Source: Patescibacteria group bacterium (GTDB lineage: Bacteria; Patescibacteriota; Patescibacteriia; Veblenbacterales; UBA10138). From it: DNA of 64,000 bases. A program made the translations under genes and the position numbers. Below, one piece after another: positions 38,845 through 48,538 of the stretch. Position 1 is the stretch's first letter. Every line of letters starts with the position of its first letter. The notes under the pieces were generated by a model, which was not told where the DNA came from, searched no databases, and saw only the letters and a list, made by a program, of their open reading frames with translations. The stretch lies in assembly GCA_041648575.1 (NCBI GenBank), contig JBAZOT010000002.1:34038-98037 (forward strand). The letters are read 5' to 3'.

Positions 38845-40896
38845 TTACTTACTCAAATCAAGCTCATTGATTTTCAACCAGGTATTTTCATTAAGCACTA
38901 CTAGTTTTTCATTACCCACAATATACAAATAATCATTTAAATACAGCGCGCGGCGAGCGGTAATTTCACTAACAGCTGTGGTTAAAGCTAATTTGTCATC
39001 CTGGTAAGAAAAAACATAACCGCCCTTGCCACCCGGCATAAAAAATACATTATGCTTAGCATCCTGCAAAAAAGCATGATGAGTTTGTGATACTTCAGAC
39101 CAATAATCATCCAAAGAGTATTTATCTTTTTCTACTGGATTAGTAGGATCGCTAACATCAAACAGCGACAACTTAACCTTACCTGATTCTTGCCCCACTC
39201 CTAAAATTCTATTTGTGCCTAAAGGATGGAGATACGAAGAAAATCCAGGAATTTTTAATTCGCCTTTGAGCTCTGGCTTTTGAGGATTGGATAAATCCAG
39301 CACATAAAAAGGATCAGTTTGTCTAAAAGTTACCAGATAGCCTTGATCGCCTACAAACCGCACAGAATAAATTCGCTCGCCTTGTCCCATTTCTTTTACT
39401 GAACCTGTAACCTTTAAGGCGTTATCTAAAATATAAACATCGCTAGCGCTGTCACTGCCTAAACCCCCAAAACCACTAAACATACCAGAACCAACAGTAA
39501 TGGCAATACGTAAATGATTATTATATTCATCCAAAGAAAATTGATTTAAAGGCTGGCCCGGCACGCTACCAGTGGCTTGAACTGATAAATCGGTAGATTT
39601 TATTTTAACAATTCCCGTAACTTCCAGCTCGCGCTTATGCTCTACGGCATATTTTTCCATACGATTTTCCATTTCATTTTCAATTTTTAATTCCTCATCC
39701 GAGCTTAAACCACTCATCCACTGTTCTCCTAGTGCAGTAAATTCCATCATCTTAGCTTGTAGACTAATATCATAACTGCGCAACTTTTCCACTTTTTCAA
39801 TAAACCAATCAGGGAAAATATCACTATTAGCTTTCATCATGTTATAAAAGAAGCCAATCAAGTCACCCGGATAGGAATAAGTTACATAAATATTATCACC
39901 CGACATATAAACTATAGAAGTGCTAGAAGAACCAATAAAAGAATTGGTTTTTTTAATTTCTCCGGTTGCTGGATCAATAACTGAAACGGTATAAGTTATA
40001 TCTGTGGGTACATAGGTTTTGGGATGATAAATGCCAGTGCAAGGAACAGAAATTGAATTATTGTTTAAAGAAAAAGGTTCCAATGGACAAGGACGATCAT
40101 AAGAAACTCTGGTGCTAGTTATTAAATACACTTGACTATCATAAAGCCGGGCGCTGACTAGTTGGCTGCGGTCGCTATATTTTAATTCCCATTGTTGTTT
40201 GGGGTTTTGTGGATCACCAACTTCATAACCAACCAACTTATCATAAGTAAAAACCAATAAATTATTCTTAAGTAATAATAAATCTCCGGTAGTATCTATA
40301 TTGCTTATAACTGCTAATTCTGCAGGCGGCCAAGCTTTAATAGTTTTAATTCCGCCTTGGGGTTGAGGGATTGGTAAAATACTATCCTCCATCATGGGCA
40401 TTATCCCTCGCGTACCATAATAATATTGCGGTTGAGAAACATAAATTTGTTTACCGTCGGTTTTTACAACATCTGGCTCATCTATACCTAATACCTGTAC
40501 ATTGGTTTCAGAAACTCGCTCCGGACCAAAATCCATAGGCATGCCCAAATTTGCATCACCAGTAAGTTCTTTTAATCCACCCATTTCGCCACTTATTTCA
40601 GGTGCTACCAAAGCACCAGTTGATTGCCTCATTCCCAAACTACCAAAACTATCACCATAAACATTTTCTGCTTTAGTTAGATAATCTTTAAACTCCTGCT
40701 CGGAAGTAAATTTAGCCACTGAAAAATCCCCCGCTACTATTACTCCACCACCATTTTGGTTATCAGGAGATTGTGGTCCATTGATTATCGGTGCGATTAT
40801 TTCCTGGTGAGTATACAAAAAAACGCCAGCTACTACCAATACAATCACTGGAATAAATACCATTAATAATTTTTTAATAGTCAGCTGTTCTAACAT
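38845..40896 (-). CDS. Membrane-anchored beta-propeller domain protein
   Basis: SETNVQVLGIDEPDVVKTDG, LNQFSLDE, VTFRQTDPFYVLDL, GELKIPGFSSYLHP. Confidence 0.8.
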   Translation of the reverse strand: MLEQLTIKKLLMVFIPVIVLVVAGVFLYTHQEIIAPIINGPQSPDNQNGGGVIVAGDFSVAKFTSEQEFKDYLTKAENVYGDSFGSLGMRQSTGALVAPEISGEMGGLKELTGDANLGMPMDFGPERVSETNVQVLGIDEPDVVKTDGKQIYVSQPQYYYGTRGIMPMMEDSILPIPQPQGGIKTIKAWPPAELAVISNIDTTGDLLLLKNNLLVFTYDKLVGYEVGDPQNPKQQWELKYSDRSQLVSARLYDSQVYLITSTRVSYDRPCPLEPFSLNNNSISVPCTGIYHPKTYVPTDITYTVSVIDPATGEIKKTNSFIGSSSTSIVYMSGDNIYVTYSYPGDLIGFFYNMMKANSDIFPDWFIEKVEKLRSYDISLQAKMMEFTALGEQWMSGLSSDEELKIENEMENRMEKYAVEHKRELEVTGIVKIKSTDLSVQATGSVPGQPLNQFSLDEYNNHLRIAITVGSGMFSGFGGLGSDSASDVYILDNALKVTGSVKEMGQGERIYSVRFVGDQGYLVTFRQTDPFYVLDLSNPQKPELKGELKIPGFSSYLHPLGTNRILGVGQESGKVKLSLFDVSDPTNPVEKDKYSLDDYWSEVSQTHHAFLQDAKHNVFFMPGGKGGYVFSYQDDKLALTTAVSEITARRALYLNDYLYIVGNEKLVVLNENTWLKINELDLSK

Positions 40897-40965
40897 AATA
40901 TTAGTGCTTAATGCTTAATGATTAATGATTAATGATTATAGTATATCAAATTTAAATTTTATTGA

Positions 40966-42150
40966 CTATTTGCCAAGCACAATAATTTCTCTGGCTATTT
41001 TTTGACCAGGTCGATGATAAAACAAGGTACCACGGGGAGACAGCCACTCTTTGGGCAAAAAATCAGGAATAATATCTACAACTTTCAACCCCGCCTGCTT
41101 TAGCACATCCATTAATGGCAACAAAATAAAATCATTGCTTTTAACTATGGCTGGCCAAACCATGACTAAACGGCCATCACTGGTTAAAAAATTTGACAAC
41201 AATTTTAGCCAGCGACTATAACTTAACATTAAATCATTAACTATCAATTGCAGCTCCCGTTCTTTTTCCCTACCAGTCATTGGTTTACCTAAAAAAGGTT
41301 CGCAAACAATAGTTGAAAATTTTTGTTTTACCATATTTACCAAGGATTCAAGTGGTGAATGAAGAATATTAAACTCCGGAGTGATGTTTGGGTTTTTTTT
41401 CTGCAGCCATTGTAAATTGGTTTTAGTTCGCTCCACTGCCTCCGCGCTTGAATCACTGCCCACTAATTTTTTTATACCGAGGAGCGCCGCTTCTTGTAAA
41501 ATTGTTCCTGACCCGCAAAACGGATCTAATAAATTATCGCTGTTGGCTGATAAATTTATCATCATCCGCGCTAATTTTGGCGGCAGCATACCAACATAGG
41601 AATCGCGCGACGGCCTATCAAAATCGCGCTGTGAAAATTCAGCAAATGGCTGAACAGTAATAGTTCGACCCACTATCATTTTACTTTGATTAGGCATAAA
41701 AACAAATTCATACCCCATAGGCGGTAATAAATGATTTTTTTGTACTGTTACGGAAGATAAAATTTTGTCGCGCGATATTACATACCGCACCTTACCCTGC
41801 CCTTTAACCATTTTTTTTACTTCTAAGCCTAATGCGTTAATCCATTTTGGCAATGCTCCATACCAACTAAAGCCAAAATATAATTGTGGAGCTGGTTTAA
41901 TAACTTGTTTGATTTTTAAAACGAGCTCCTCCTTGGCTATTTCCCAACTGCCAATTATTTCGCCAATTTTTATTACTCCACCCAGCCGTTCTTGCCACCA
42001 AGCTACGTCCAAATTATCTGCCTCAACTATTAAAAATTCACGTGTTAATAATACTTCGGTCAATTTAATATTAAAATTCTTTGCCACTTGCCAGATTTCT
42101 GCTACCGATAACTCCGGCTCTCGGCCTAAAATAAAAAAATATTGGAGCAT
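40966..42150 (-). CDS. Trm11/UPF0020-like SAM-dependent RNA methyltransferase
   Basis: GMLPPKLARMMINL, LDPFCGSGTILQEA, EPFLG. Confidence 0.8.
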   Translation of the reverse strand: MLQYFFILGREPELSVAEIWQVAKNFNIKLTEVLLTREFLIVEADNLDVAWWQERLGGVIKIGEIIGSWEIAKEELVLKIKQVIKPAPQLYFGFSWYGALPKWINALGLEVKKMVKGQGKVRYVISRDKILSSVTVQKNHLLPPMGYEFVFMPNQSKMIVGRTITVQPFAEFSQRDFDRPSRDSYVGMLPPKLARMMINLSANSDNLLDPFCGSGTILQEAALLGIKKLVGSDSSAEAVERTKTNLQWLQKKNPNITPEFNILHSPLESLVNMVKQKFSTIVCEPFLGKPMTGREKERELQLIVNDLMLSYSRWLKLLSNFLTSDGRLVMVWPAIVKSNDFILLPLMDVLKQAGLKVVDIIPDFLPKEWLSPRGTLFYHRPGQKIAREIIVLGK

Positions 42151-42199
42151 ACGTTAAGTATAACATATTCTTTTATTATTTTTTTATAACAATCTTTTA

Positions 42200-42455
42200 T
42201 TAGGGGTAGAGGGCTCAGAGTTGCGAAGCCCGCCCTCTACCCCTAACAACCCCACACCTGGCACGCTATTTACAAAAATGCCACCATCGCAAGGATCAGT
42301 AAGCGGCACGGAAGGGTGGCGAATGACTGGGCTCGCCCGTGTTTTGGTCCTCTGCGCATGGGGCGAGCCAATGAGCCACCCGAGTACCACCTAATCCGAA
42401 GCGTCTGTGTGGCGACTTTTTGGTTACCTTTTCTTAGAAAAGGTAACAAAGTATT
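42200..42455 (-). ncRNA. Unassigned structured element, copy B
   Basis: 15-bp perfect hairpin with loop pseudoknot, nested multi-helix hairpin and terminal gttaccttttc/gaaaaggtaac hairpin; covaries with copy A. Confidence 0.6.
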
Positions 42456-42657
42456 TCTAAAATAAATATAACTACTTGCTTTATTTTTACCTATTTGCTA
42501 AGATACTAATACTTAAAAGCGCCCAATTTAGAGGCGCGCCATACCCCGACTTATCGGGGTTCCTATCAGTCCTACTTGGGCATAGATAGGAGCTAAACTA
42601 AATATCGGACGCTATTTTGTTTATGACTAACTTAACTTTTTAATCACCAAATTTCAT

Positions 42658-43125
42658 ATGAATCATTACGAATTACTATATATCATACCGCTGAAAATGG
42701 AGAGTGACTCTATTGATCCTACTGCAGAAAAAGTTAATTCTTTGTTAAAACAACTAGGTGCTACTATAACTTTGCAGGATAATTTAGGCAAACGAAAGTT
42801 GGCTTATCCAATCAAACATGTTCGTTATGGTTATTATGTTTTAACTGAATTTGATCTTGATAGTGAACCACTAAAAAAACTAGAACGAGAATTAACATTA
42901 TCTACCGATGTTTTACGTTATCAAATTCTTAGAAAGAAAATAAAGTCTCAAGAAAGGTTAGCGGAAGAAAAAGCACTACAAGACAAATTAAAATCCCAGC
43001 ATTTACGCGAGGAAACAAAAATGGCAGAAACAGAAGCTAAAGTGGTAAGTAAAGAAACAACCACTAAAATTGATGATTTGGATAAAAAACTAGAAGAAAT
43101 TTTAGAGAATGAAATAGTAAAATAA
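42658..43125 (+). CDS. rpsF: 30S ribosomal protein S6
   Basis: YELLYII, GKRKLAYPIK, VLRY. Confidence 0.93.
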   Translation: MNHYELLYIIPLKMESDSIDPTAEKVNSLLKQLGATITLQDNLGKRKLAYPIKHVRYGYYVLTEFDLDSEPLKKLERELTLSTDVLRYQILRKKIKSQERLAEEKALQDKLKSQHLREETKMAETEAKVVSKETTTKIDDLDKKLEEILENEIVK

Positions 43126-43172
43126 TTTTCATTAATCTGTCGGATATCCGACAGTCAAAGGAGAATAAATTT

Positions 43173-43592
43173 ATGAATCTAAATAAAGCTATGATTATCG
43201 GCAACATTACTCGCGACCCTGAAAGCCGCACTACACCCAATGGAACAACAGTAACCAGCTTTAGTGTGGCAACTAACTTGCGCTGGACTGATAAATCCGG
43301 TCAAAAACAAGACAAAGCGGAATTTCATAATATTGTTGCTTGGAGAAAATTAGGAGAAATCTGCGCTCAATATTTAAAAAAGGGTAGTAAAATTTATATT
43401 GAAGGTCGTATTCAAACCAGATCGTGGCAAGATCAGCAAGGACAAAAACATTGGCGCACTGAAATTGTTGCTGAAAACATGATTATGTTGGATAAAATCG
43501 GCAATAGCCAACCAGAAACAACACCAACACAACCTGCTGAAGATATTGCCCCAGCTGATGATACTATTAATGTAGAGGAAATCCCTTTTTAA
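43173..43592 (+). CDS. ssb: Single-stranded DNA-binding protein
   Basis: NKAMIIGNITRDPE, IEGRIQTRSW, C-terminal EIPF. Confidence 0.95.
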   Translation: MNLNKAMIIGNITRDPESRTTPNGTTVTSFSVATNLRWTDKSGQKQDKAEFHNIVAWRKLGEICAQYLKKGSKIYIEGRIQTRSWQDQQGQKHWRTEIVAENMIMLDKIGNSQPETTPTQPAEDIAPADDTINVEEIPF

Positions 43593-43611
43593 AAAATAAT
43601 AAATTACTAAT

Positions 43612-43845
43612 ATGCACAAAAGGCAAGTAACTACTTTCACCAAACCAAAAGATTGCTACTTTTGCATTAGCGGATTTAATGATATTGATTATAAAGATAC
43701 TAGAATTTTGCAAAAATTTCTTTCTGGTTATGCCAAAATTTTACCATCTAAACGCAGTGGCTTATGTTTAAAGCACCAACGAAAATTTTCCCTAGCAGTT
43801 AGGCGTGCTAGAATTATGGCTTTAATTCCCTTTGTGAATAAATAA
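43612..43845 (+). CDS. rpsR: 30S ribosomal protein S18 (zinc-ribbon type)
   Basis: CYFC, IDYKD, C.KHQR, RARIMALIPF. Confidence 0.95.
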   Translation: MHKRQVTTFTKPKDCYFCISGFNDIDYKDTRILQKFLSGYAKILPSKRSGLCLKHQRKFSLAVRRARIMALIPFVNK

Positions 43846-43884
43846 TTTAGTTCCTCGTTCCTAGCCACTAGTTCCTAGAAAGAT

Positions 43885-44448
43885 ATGTCTATACTACCTT
43901 CATTAAATTCCATAAAAATCGGTTTAAATATTTTAGTTAACAATGAGCCTTATCAAGTACTAGAGGCTTCGTTTATGCGCACGGCTCAAAGAAAACCAGT
44001 AATGCGAACTAAATTAAGAAACCTGCTTAATGGCAAAGTGTTAGAACAATCATTTAAACCGGGTGATAAAGTGGAACAAGCCGATATGTCTAAAATCAAG
44101 GCCAATTTTCTTTATGCGGATAATCAATGCCATTTTATGAATCAGGAGACCTTTGAACAATTTGATTTTCCTATAGAAAAAATTAACGAGGGTGTTAAGT
44201 TTTTAAAAGAAGGTTTAGAAGTAAGTATTCTTAATTTTAACAGCGAGCCAGTAGGCGTGGAATTACCGAAGAAAGTAATCTTAAAAGTAACTGAAAGCCC
44301 GCCTGGGGTAAAAGGCGATACTGCTGGCAATGTAACCAAACAAATTACTTTGGAAACTGGGCTACAAGTAAACGCTCCCCTTTTTATTAAAGAAGGCGAG
44401 GAAGTAATTATCAACACCGATACCGGCCAATACGTAGAACGGGCTTAA
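43885..44448 (+). CDS. efp: Elongation factor P
   Basis: PGVKGDT, LETGL, PLFIKEGE, NTDTGQYVERA. Confidence 0.95.
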   Translation: MSILPSLNSIKIGLNILVNNEPYQVLEASFMRTAQRKPVMRTKLRNLLNGKVLEQSFKPGDKVEQADMSKIKANFLYADNQCHFMNQETFEQFDFPIEKINEGVKFLKEGLEVSILNFNSEPVGVELPKKVILKVTESPPGVKGDTAGNVTKQITLETGLQVNAPLFIKEGEEVIINTDTGQYVERA

Positions 44449-44613
44449 GATAATTTGATTTTAACAAATCACCTCTGATGTTTTTCAACTCGGCGGCGAT
44501 TTTTGGCTGCTCCTTAGCCCCTTGCCAAAAACCTTGACAAGATTAGAGCCAAAGCTTAAGATAATCACAAACTAAACTAATTCAAAATTGTTCAATAAAA
44601 ATAGGAGTTTATC

Positions 44614-45291
44614 ATGTCATTTGTAACTTATTTACTTGTGCTTGGGGCAGTGTCGGCCATTGTCTGGCCTATCTCTTGGTTTATTTTCAGGTGGAAAAAG
44701 ATCTGCGCGCCGGGATTTCGTGGTTTTTTCATGTGGCCTGCAACTTGGTTTGTACTTTATTTGACTAACTGGGCTTGGTTAATTGATGTGCCTGGGGCTA
44801 ATACAATGCTAGTTGAAAACGGAAAAATTGTCCGAGTCTTTCCGGAATCAATTATTATGTGGCAAGGCGCTATTAATATAGATAGCTTGGTTTCCTACGC
44901 TGCTTTTACAAAAGCTATTGAGCTGACCCTACCATTTGATCAATCTCTGGTGTTAAAGGGCCAAGCTATGGACGCAGAGTTGGATACGCTCGCGAAAAAA
45001 GTAACCTGGCGATTATTTTTGACAATCGGCGGCTCGCCTGAAGAAATGCTTAAATTCAGGAAAATTATCGGAATTCCAGGAGATAGTCTGGCAATAGTAG
45101 CGTATATTATGGGCCCTCTAAAGAATGGGATTAACTACGATCGCGAGAAATTGTTAACTGCGTACGATTTATTTTACGAAGAAAATAATGAACTACCTTG
45201 TTATGAACTAGTAAAATCTTATCTGTTACCAACCCTCTCTAACGCTGACATGAAACTTAAAACTGCAACGTTAAAATTTAGTTCATCATAA
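44614..45291 (+). CDS. Hypothetical membrane protein
   Basis: Two N-terminal TM segments; TTGACA-N17-TAAGAT promoter at 44534, AGGAG RBS, terminator 45311-45346. Confidence 0.55.
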   Translation: MSFVTYLLVLGAVSAIVWPISWFIFRWKKICAPGFRGFFMWPATWFVLYLTNWAWLIDVPGANTMLVENGKIVRVFPESIIMWQGAINIDSLVSYAAFTKAIELTLPFDQSLVLKGQAMDAELDTLAKKVTWRLFLTIGGSPEEMLKFRKIIGIPGDSLAIVAYIMGPLKNGINYDREKLLTAYDLFYEENNELPCYELVKSYLLPTLSNADMKLKTATLKFSSS

Positions 45292-45355
45292 GATAACCAG
45301 CTAATGATAAAACCGACTGTTTAAAAACAGCAGTCGGCTCTTTTATTTTATAAAA

Positions 45356-45405
45356 TTACTTTTCTTCGGCTCTGGCCTGCTTCATTTTTCCCCAAACCGT
45401 TTGTC
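45356..45405 (-). pseudogene. Diverged recA 3'-end remnant
   Basis: With one base restored reads QTVWEKMKQARAEEK* vs rec[16 protein letters not shown]. Confidence 0.65.
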
Positions 45406-45416
45406 TTGTTTATCCT

Positions 45417-46472
45417 CTATTTAACCGCGTAATTTTGGGCGGCAAAATTATACTGCGTGATGAATATTTTCTTAAACGGCACAATTGAATTTAATTCATA
45501 AAATACCAGCATCGCTTCACGATAATCATTTTCATCAACACTGCGATACGACAGAGGCGCCGAGCCATGCGCCAATAACAAAGCGTTGGCCATCAGTCGG
45601 CTGGTTCTTTTATTGCCATCCTCAAACGGCTGAATATAACCAATACCCAAAAGAGCAATCAACGCTTTAGCATAGGGCGTTGACATTTGTGATACAGCCG
45701 CGCCAAGATCATTAATTGCTTCAGTAATTTGATAAATATTATCTAACGGTCGGTAAACTGATCCAACTACGCCGACTGGTTTTTCACGCAAACCCAAATC
45801 CACGCTTAAATCTTTAACCAAAATAGCATGCAGTTCTTCTAAATTTGGCTGCGTAATTGTTTTAAATTGCGAAGTATATTCGCGAACAAAATTAAAAGCA
45901 TCTTTATGGTTCAAAATCATTTGTGTCTCTTGTTGTGTCTTACCGAGCGCTGCTTTGTTCTCTAGAATTAACTTTTCCGTATCCAAAAGAGTATAGGTAT
46001 TGCCCTCAATTTTTGATGACTTCCAAGACAGCTCAATAATAAGCCGCTCTAATTCTTTTCTTTGAATAGTCGTTGGTAAATCTCTTGTTCTTTTTTTATA
46101 TTCAGAGGTTGCGCTATCCAAAATTTTCAACTCATCGGTTGTAAAAATATCTGATTTTAAACCAGGCAGTAAATCAAAATTATACCGGTTTAGACCGTAA
46201 CGTTTATCTGGTTCAAGGGAACAATATTTATGGGCATCAACTTCGGCAAATATTCTGCCCAGCGAGCTTATATCATAGCTGGTGGATCGCCCAGAACCTG
46301 CCGCAACCAAAACACCAACACTCGCCATTTCGGACAAAGCTCTTTTTATTGTAACCAAAGAAATATCCTCCCCTTGTTTAACTATCTCGGCATACACGGC
46401 CGATGACTGCATTTTTCCTTTCTCAAGGATAATGGCAGTTATTTTTTGTTGTTTTGTAATTAATTTAATCAT
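45417..46472 (-). CDS. wHTH-Fic family protein with non-canonical motif
   Basis: SSKIEGN, QPFEDGNKRTSR; probable start MIKLITK at 46472. Confidence 0.85.
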   Translation of the reverse strand: MIKLITKQQKITAIILEKGKMQSSAVYAEIVKQGEDISLVTIKRALSEMASVGVLVAAGSGRSTSYDISSLGRIFAEVDAHKYCSLEPDKRYGLNRYNFDLLPGLKSDIFTTDELKILDSATSEYKKRTRDLPTTIQRKELERLIIELSWKSSKIEGNTYTLLDTEKLILENKAALGKTQQETQMILNHKDAFNFVREYTSQFKTITQPNLEELHAILVKDLSVDLGLREKPVGVVGSVYRPLDNIYQITEAINDLGAAVSQMSTPYAKALIALLGIGYIQPFEDGNKRTSRLMANALLLAHGSAPLSYRSVDENDYREAMLVFYELNSIVPFKKIFITQYNFAAQNYAVK

Positions 46473-46491
46473 TTTCGTATCATTTATATAC

Positions 46492-46520
46492 TTTAATCGT
46501 ATCATATTGATACGATTAAA
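46492..46520. promoter_or_regulatory. Putative operator upstream of wHTH-Fic
   Basis: Perfect 13-bp inverted repeat tttaatcgtatca-tat-tgatacgattaaa. Confidence 0.55.
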
Positions 46521-46541
46521 ACAAAGCCTTAAAACTTAACC

Positions 46542-46601
46542 AAAAACGGAGAAGATATAATCGTTAACACCGAAACCGGGCAGTACGTAGAACGAGCTTA
46601 A
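46542..46601 (+). pseudogene. Diverged efp 3'-end remnant
   Basis: KNGEDIIVNTETGQYVERA* vs efp KEGEEVIINTDTGQYVERA*; followed by terminator aagccgc..gcggctttttt. Confidence 0.9.
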
Positions 46602-46670
46602 AATTAACTAAGATAAAAGCCGCCAGATAGCGGCTTTTTTAATTCTTATGCGAAGCCAATAACAATGCGA

Positions 46671-47435
46671 TTAATTACAAACCACATTTTCTTGCGTTAC
46701 TCCAGGTACAGGGGCCTCGGGCACTAATCCTCCTCCCATAAATATAATGCCGGTCATGCCAAAGCTCTTGAAAAATTTTACACCCGGATGTGCTTGCTCG
46801 CTTTGACTATATGCCCAATCAATCAACCTTTTACTAAAGGCGCAAGTAACTGGCACCCCGTATCCAAGGGGCCCCTTAGGTCCAGACACTAAACATAAAT
46901 CACCTTGTTTACCAATAATTTTAAATTCTATAGCTGGAATTGAAGTAGGTTGAAGTGGTGGAGAGTTACCCTCAACAGGAAAGGGGGGTGCAAATTGAGC
47001 CTTTAGCAAAGCTGGATTACATGCCTGTAAATTATCAGTAAAGCACTCCCACGCTTTTATAGTTTCAACAGCAGCGTCAACTTTATTATTATCCAAAAAT
47101 CCAATAAAACCAGCAGTACCACAATTAATGGTATTTATCTGTGTGATAGCCGGCTGGTTTTGGATATTATTTAACTGGTTTACTGATCCTTGTGTTGTCG
47201 GTGCCGGCCGTAACCAATACCAATATACTGCCCCAGCCATCACCAACACGATAACAACAACTGTGGTAATTATTAATCCCTTATACTTACTGACAGAAGT
47301 GGGGCTATCTGTTTGCATCGCCGCTTTAACATCTGTAGCATCCCAACCTACATTAATCAATGCTGTATTTATTTGATCATCAGAAAGACCATTCTGACGA
47401 GCAGAGGTTATATAATCAATAAGTTTTTGATCCAT
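46671..47435 (-). CDS. Hypothetical single-TM protein with Cys-containing extracellular domain
   Basis: N-terminal LIDYITSARQNGLSDDQINTALINVGW domain typical of CPR proteins, TM helix. Confidence 0.55.
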   Translation of the reverse strand: MDQKLIDYITSARQNGLSDDQINTALINVGWDATDVKAAMQTDSPTSVSKYKGLIITTVVVIVLVMAGAVYWYWLRPAPTTQGSVNQLNNIQNQPAITQINTINCGTAGFIGFLDNNKVDAAVETIKAWECFTDNLQACNPALLKAQFAPPFPVEGNSPPLQPTSIPAIEFKIIGKQGDLCLVSGPKGPLGYGVPVTCAFSKRLIDWAYSQSEQAHPGVKFFKSFGMTGIIFMGGGLVPEAPVPGVTQENVVCN

Positions 47436-47474
47436 AAATGCCCAATTTAATGATTAACTCTCTTTTATAATAAT

Positions 47475-48503
47475 TTACTTCTCCGCCGCTCTTTGTTCTT
47501 TTACTTTCTGCCAAATTTGCTCTCCAATCTCTTTTCCAATTTTAGGATTCTCGCGTAAAAATTGTTTGGCTTGTTCACGCCCCACTCCTAATTTAGTTTC
47601 ACCAAACGATAAAGTGTTGCCGCTCTTGATTAAAATATCATATTGCATGCCCGCATCAATTAAATCACCAGCTAGGGAAATTCCTTCGTTGTACATAATA
47701 TCAAATTCCGCCACTTGAAACGGCGGCGCTACTTTATTTTTTACCACCTTAGCCCGCACACGGCTGCCTAATATTTTATCGCCTTGTTTAATCTGGCCAA
47801 TTCGCCTCACTTCTATCCGCACCGAAGAATAAAATTTTAAGGCCATACCACCGGTAGTTGTTTCAGGGTTACCAAAAAATACGCCGATTTTCATGCGCGT
47901 CTGATTTAAAAAGATTACTACAGTTTTAGATTTAGAAATAATGGCTGTTAATTTTCTTAAAGCCTGGCTCATTAACCGCGCCTGCAATCCCATATGACTA
48001 TCTCCCATATCACCTTCTATTTCCGCTTTGGGGGTAAGGGCCGCTACTGAATCAATAACAACAACATCAATGCCATTGGAACGCACCAGAGTTTCCACAA
48101 TTTCCAAAGCCTGTTCACCTGTGTCGGGTTGAGAAATTAACAAGTCATCAATTTTCACGCCAATTTTTTTAGCATAAACCGGGTCTAGAGCATGTTCGGC
48201 ATCTACAAACGCTGCCAAACCGCCTATTTTTTGCAACTCGGCAATAACATGAAGAGTTAAAGTAGTTTTGCCAGAAGCTTCAGCGCCAAAAATTTCTACC
48301 ACTCTGCCCCGTGGCACGCCCCCAACTCCCAAAGCGATATCTAAACTTAAACAACCCGTAGAAATCGCATCCACTGCCATAGCATGCGCTTCACCCAACT
48401 TCATAATTGCTCCCTCGCCAAAACGTTCTTTAATTTGCTCAACGGCTAAATCCGCAGCTTTAGCGCGTTCAGTTTTTTCTTCATTTTTATTAGCTGTCGT
48501 CAT
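47475..48503 (-). CDS. recA: Recombinase RecA
   Basis: [32 protein letters not shown]. Confidence 0.98.
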   Translation of the reverse strand: MTTANKNEEKTERAKAADLAVEQIKERFGEGAIMKLGEAHAMAVDAISTGCLSLDIALGVGGVPRGRVVEIFGAEASGKTTLTLHVIAELQKIGGLAAFVDAEHALDPVYAKKIGVKIDDLLISQPDTGEQALEIVETLVRSNGIDVVVIDSVAALTPKAEIEGDMGDSHMGLQARLMSQALRKLTAIISKSKTVVIFLNQTRMKIGVFFGNPETTTGGMALKFYSSVRIEVRRIGQIKQGDKILGSRVRAKVVKNKVAPPFQVAEFDIMYNEGISLAGDLIDAGMQYDILIKSGNTLSFGETKLGVGREQAKQFLRENPKIGKEIGEQIWQKVKEQRAAEK

Positions 48504-48538
48504 ATATAAAAATTTAATAATAACTATACTTTATCATA

